Assembly: GCF_020745735.1 (NCBI RefSeq)
Contig: NC_083408.1
Coordinates: 81,622,484-81,686,483, forward strand
DNA length: 64,000 nucleotides
Reading direction: 5' to 3'
Source: Hemiscyllium ocellatum
Lineage: Eukaryota
How positions within the stretch are numbered: position 1 is the first letter of the stretch; the number at the start of each line of letters is the position of its first letter. The position numbers and the translations under genes are program-made. The notes beneath the pieces were generated by a model. It was not told the origin of the DNA. It saw nothing but the letters and a program-made list of their open reading frames with translations, and did not search any database. This document shows, piece after piece, positions 63,123-64,000 of this stretch.

Positions 63123-64000
63123 CAAATATTTATGCTTTGTTCAATTGTCATTTGCATTGAAAACATTAATAAACTTTTTTTAACTGAAGTTAAGAGTTTT
63201 ACTTACTTACTAAGTCATGCTTGTGAATGTTCCTTCAAGTTTATTATGGTAAAGATCTTAAGGCTTTAAACTTCATTGTGTGATTCATTTATTGGTCATT
63301 GGGAATTCAAAAATCTTCTTACACTATTTGCTGGAATTTTAGCTGTTTTTGTCTGGAAAATTTGGTGAGTTCTGTTTTTTTTTATATAGTTGAAGTCCTT
63401 TTGATTTTATAAACTCAGTGAATAGACTTTGTTATTAAATGCATTATTTTTTGCAAGCCCTGCCAGAGGTTCCAACACATTGGTTGACATAATGGACATT
63501 CTGCATATTTTCAATATGGTCTTATTTCTATAACTTATAACCACATCGTTGATCCTTGTTGCACAGATGTACAAATACACCAGGTACTACTTACTTACAG
63601 CTGTGTACAGCAATTGTATCAACATCTTGTTTTTAAATACCTATTATGCACATGGAGTTGTTGCATTAAACTAACTGAATGTATAAGGACTACCTCCTGA
63701 CCTTTCAATATATTTGTGCTGTGTTTTTTTTTTGCAGGGTGCAATAGTACGTTGGATTTTGATAAGAAGGAGACTTATGGTAGTTATTCCATCCCAAAGT
63801 GCAGGCCCATTGTCAGGACAAATGAACTTTTGGAAGGAAGTTGTGCCTTAATGTTTATCTAAGGTGTAGAAATGTTCAGAATTTTCAACAAAGGTTTATA
63901 AAATAGTCAAGTATGTTATTGCTTGAATTTAAGTAACCAAAGCATATTGAAGCAAATGCCAGTTTGAAGTATGGTAGTGATTCATCAGGTCCTGCTTTCT

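Overview
Repeat-dominated eukaryotic DNA, AT-rich and CpG-depleted, and either intronic or intergenic. The repeat families (HE1-type tRNA SINEs with (TCTAA)n tails, CR1/HER1-like LINEs, Deu-type SINEs) point to a cartilaginous fish, most likely a shark (inference). I recognise no intact host gene, only a few weak candidate exons. Contents: many CR1 copies (two young, long ones at 5.4-7.7 kb and 25.6-30.3 kb), L2-like, RTE, Tigger and Harbinger remnants, a solo LTR, eight HE1 SINEs, a 28-bp and a 3.2-kb 35-bp minisatellite, and two local inverted duplications. The most notable signal is a dense set of Penelope-like elements (PLEs) from at least three families, many flanked by 10-16 bp TSDs and carrying minimal hammerhead ribozyme (HHR) motifs, about 19 cores in total. 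These include a young inverted RT/GIY-YIG element, a solo 200-bp HHR unit whose stems covary with that element, tandem and double HHR arrangements, and a ~220-bp fold-back unit with HHR cores on both strands that occurs twice with the same junction. All calls are by eye, and coordinates of old repeats are approximate.
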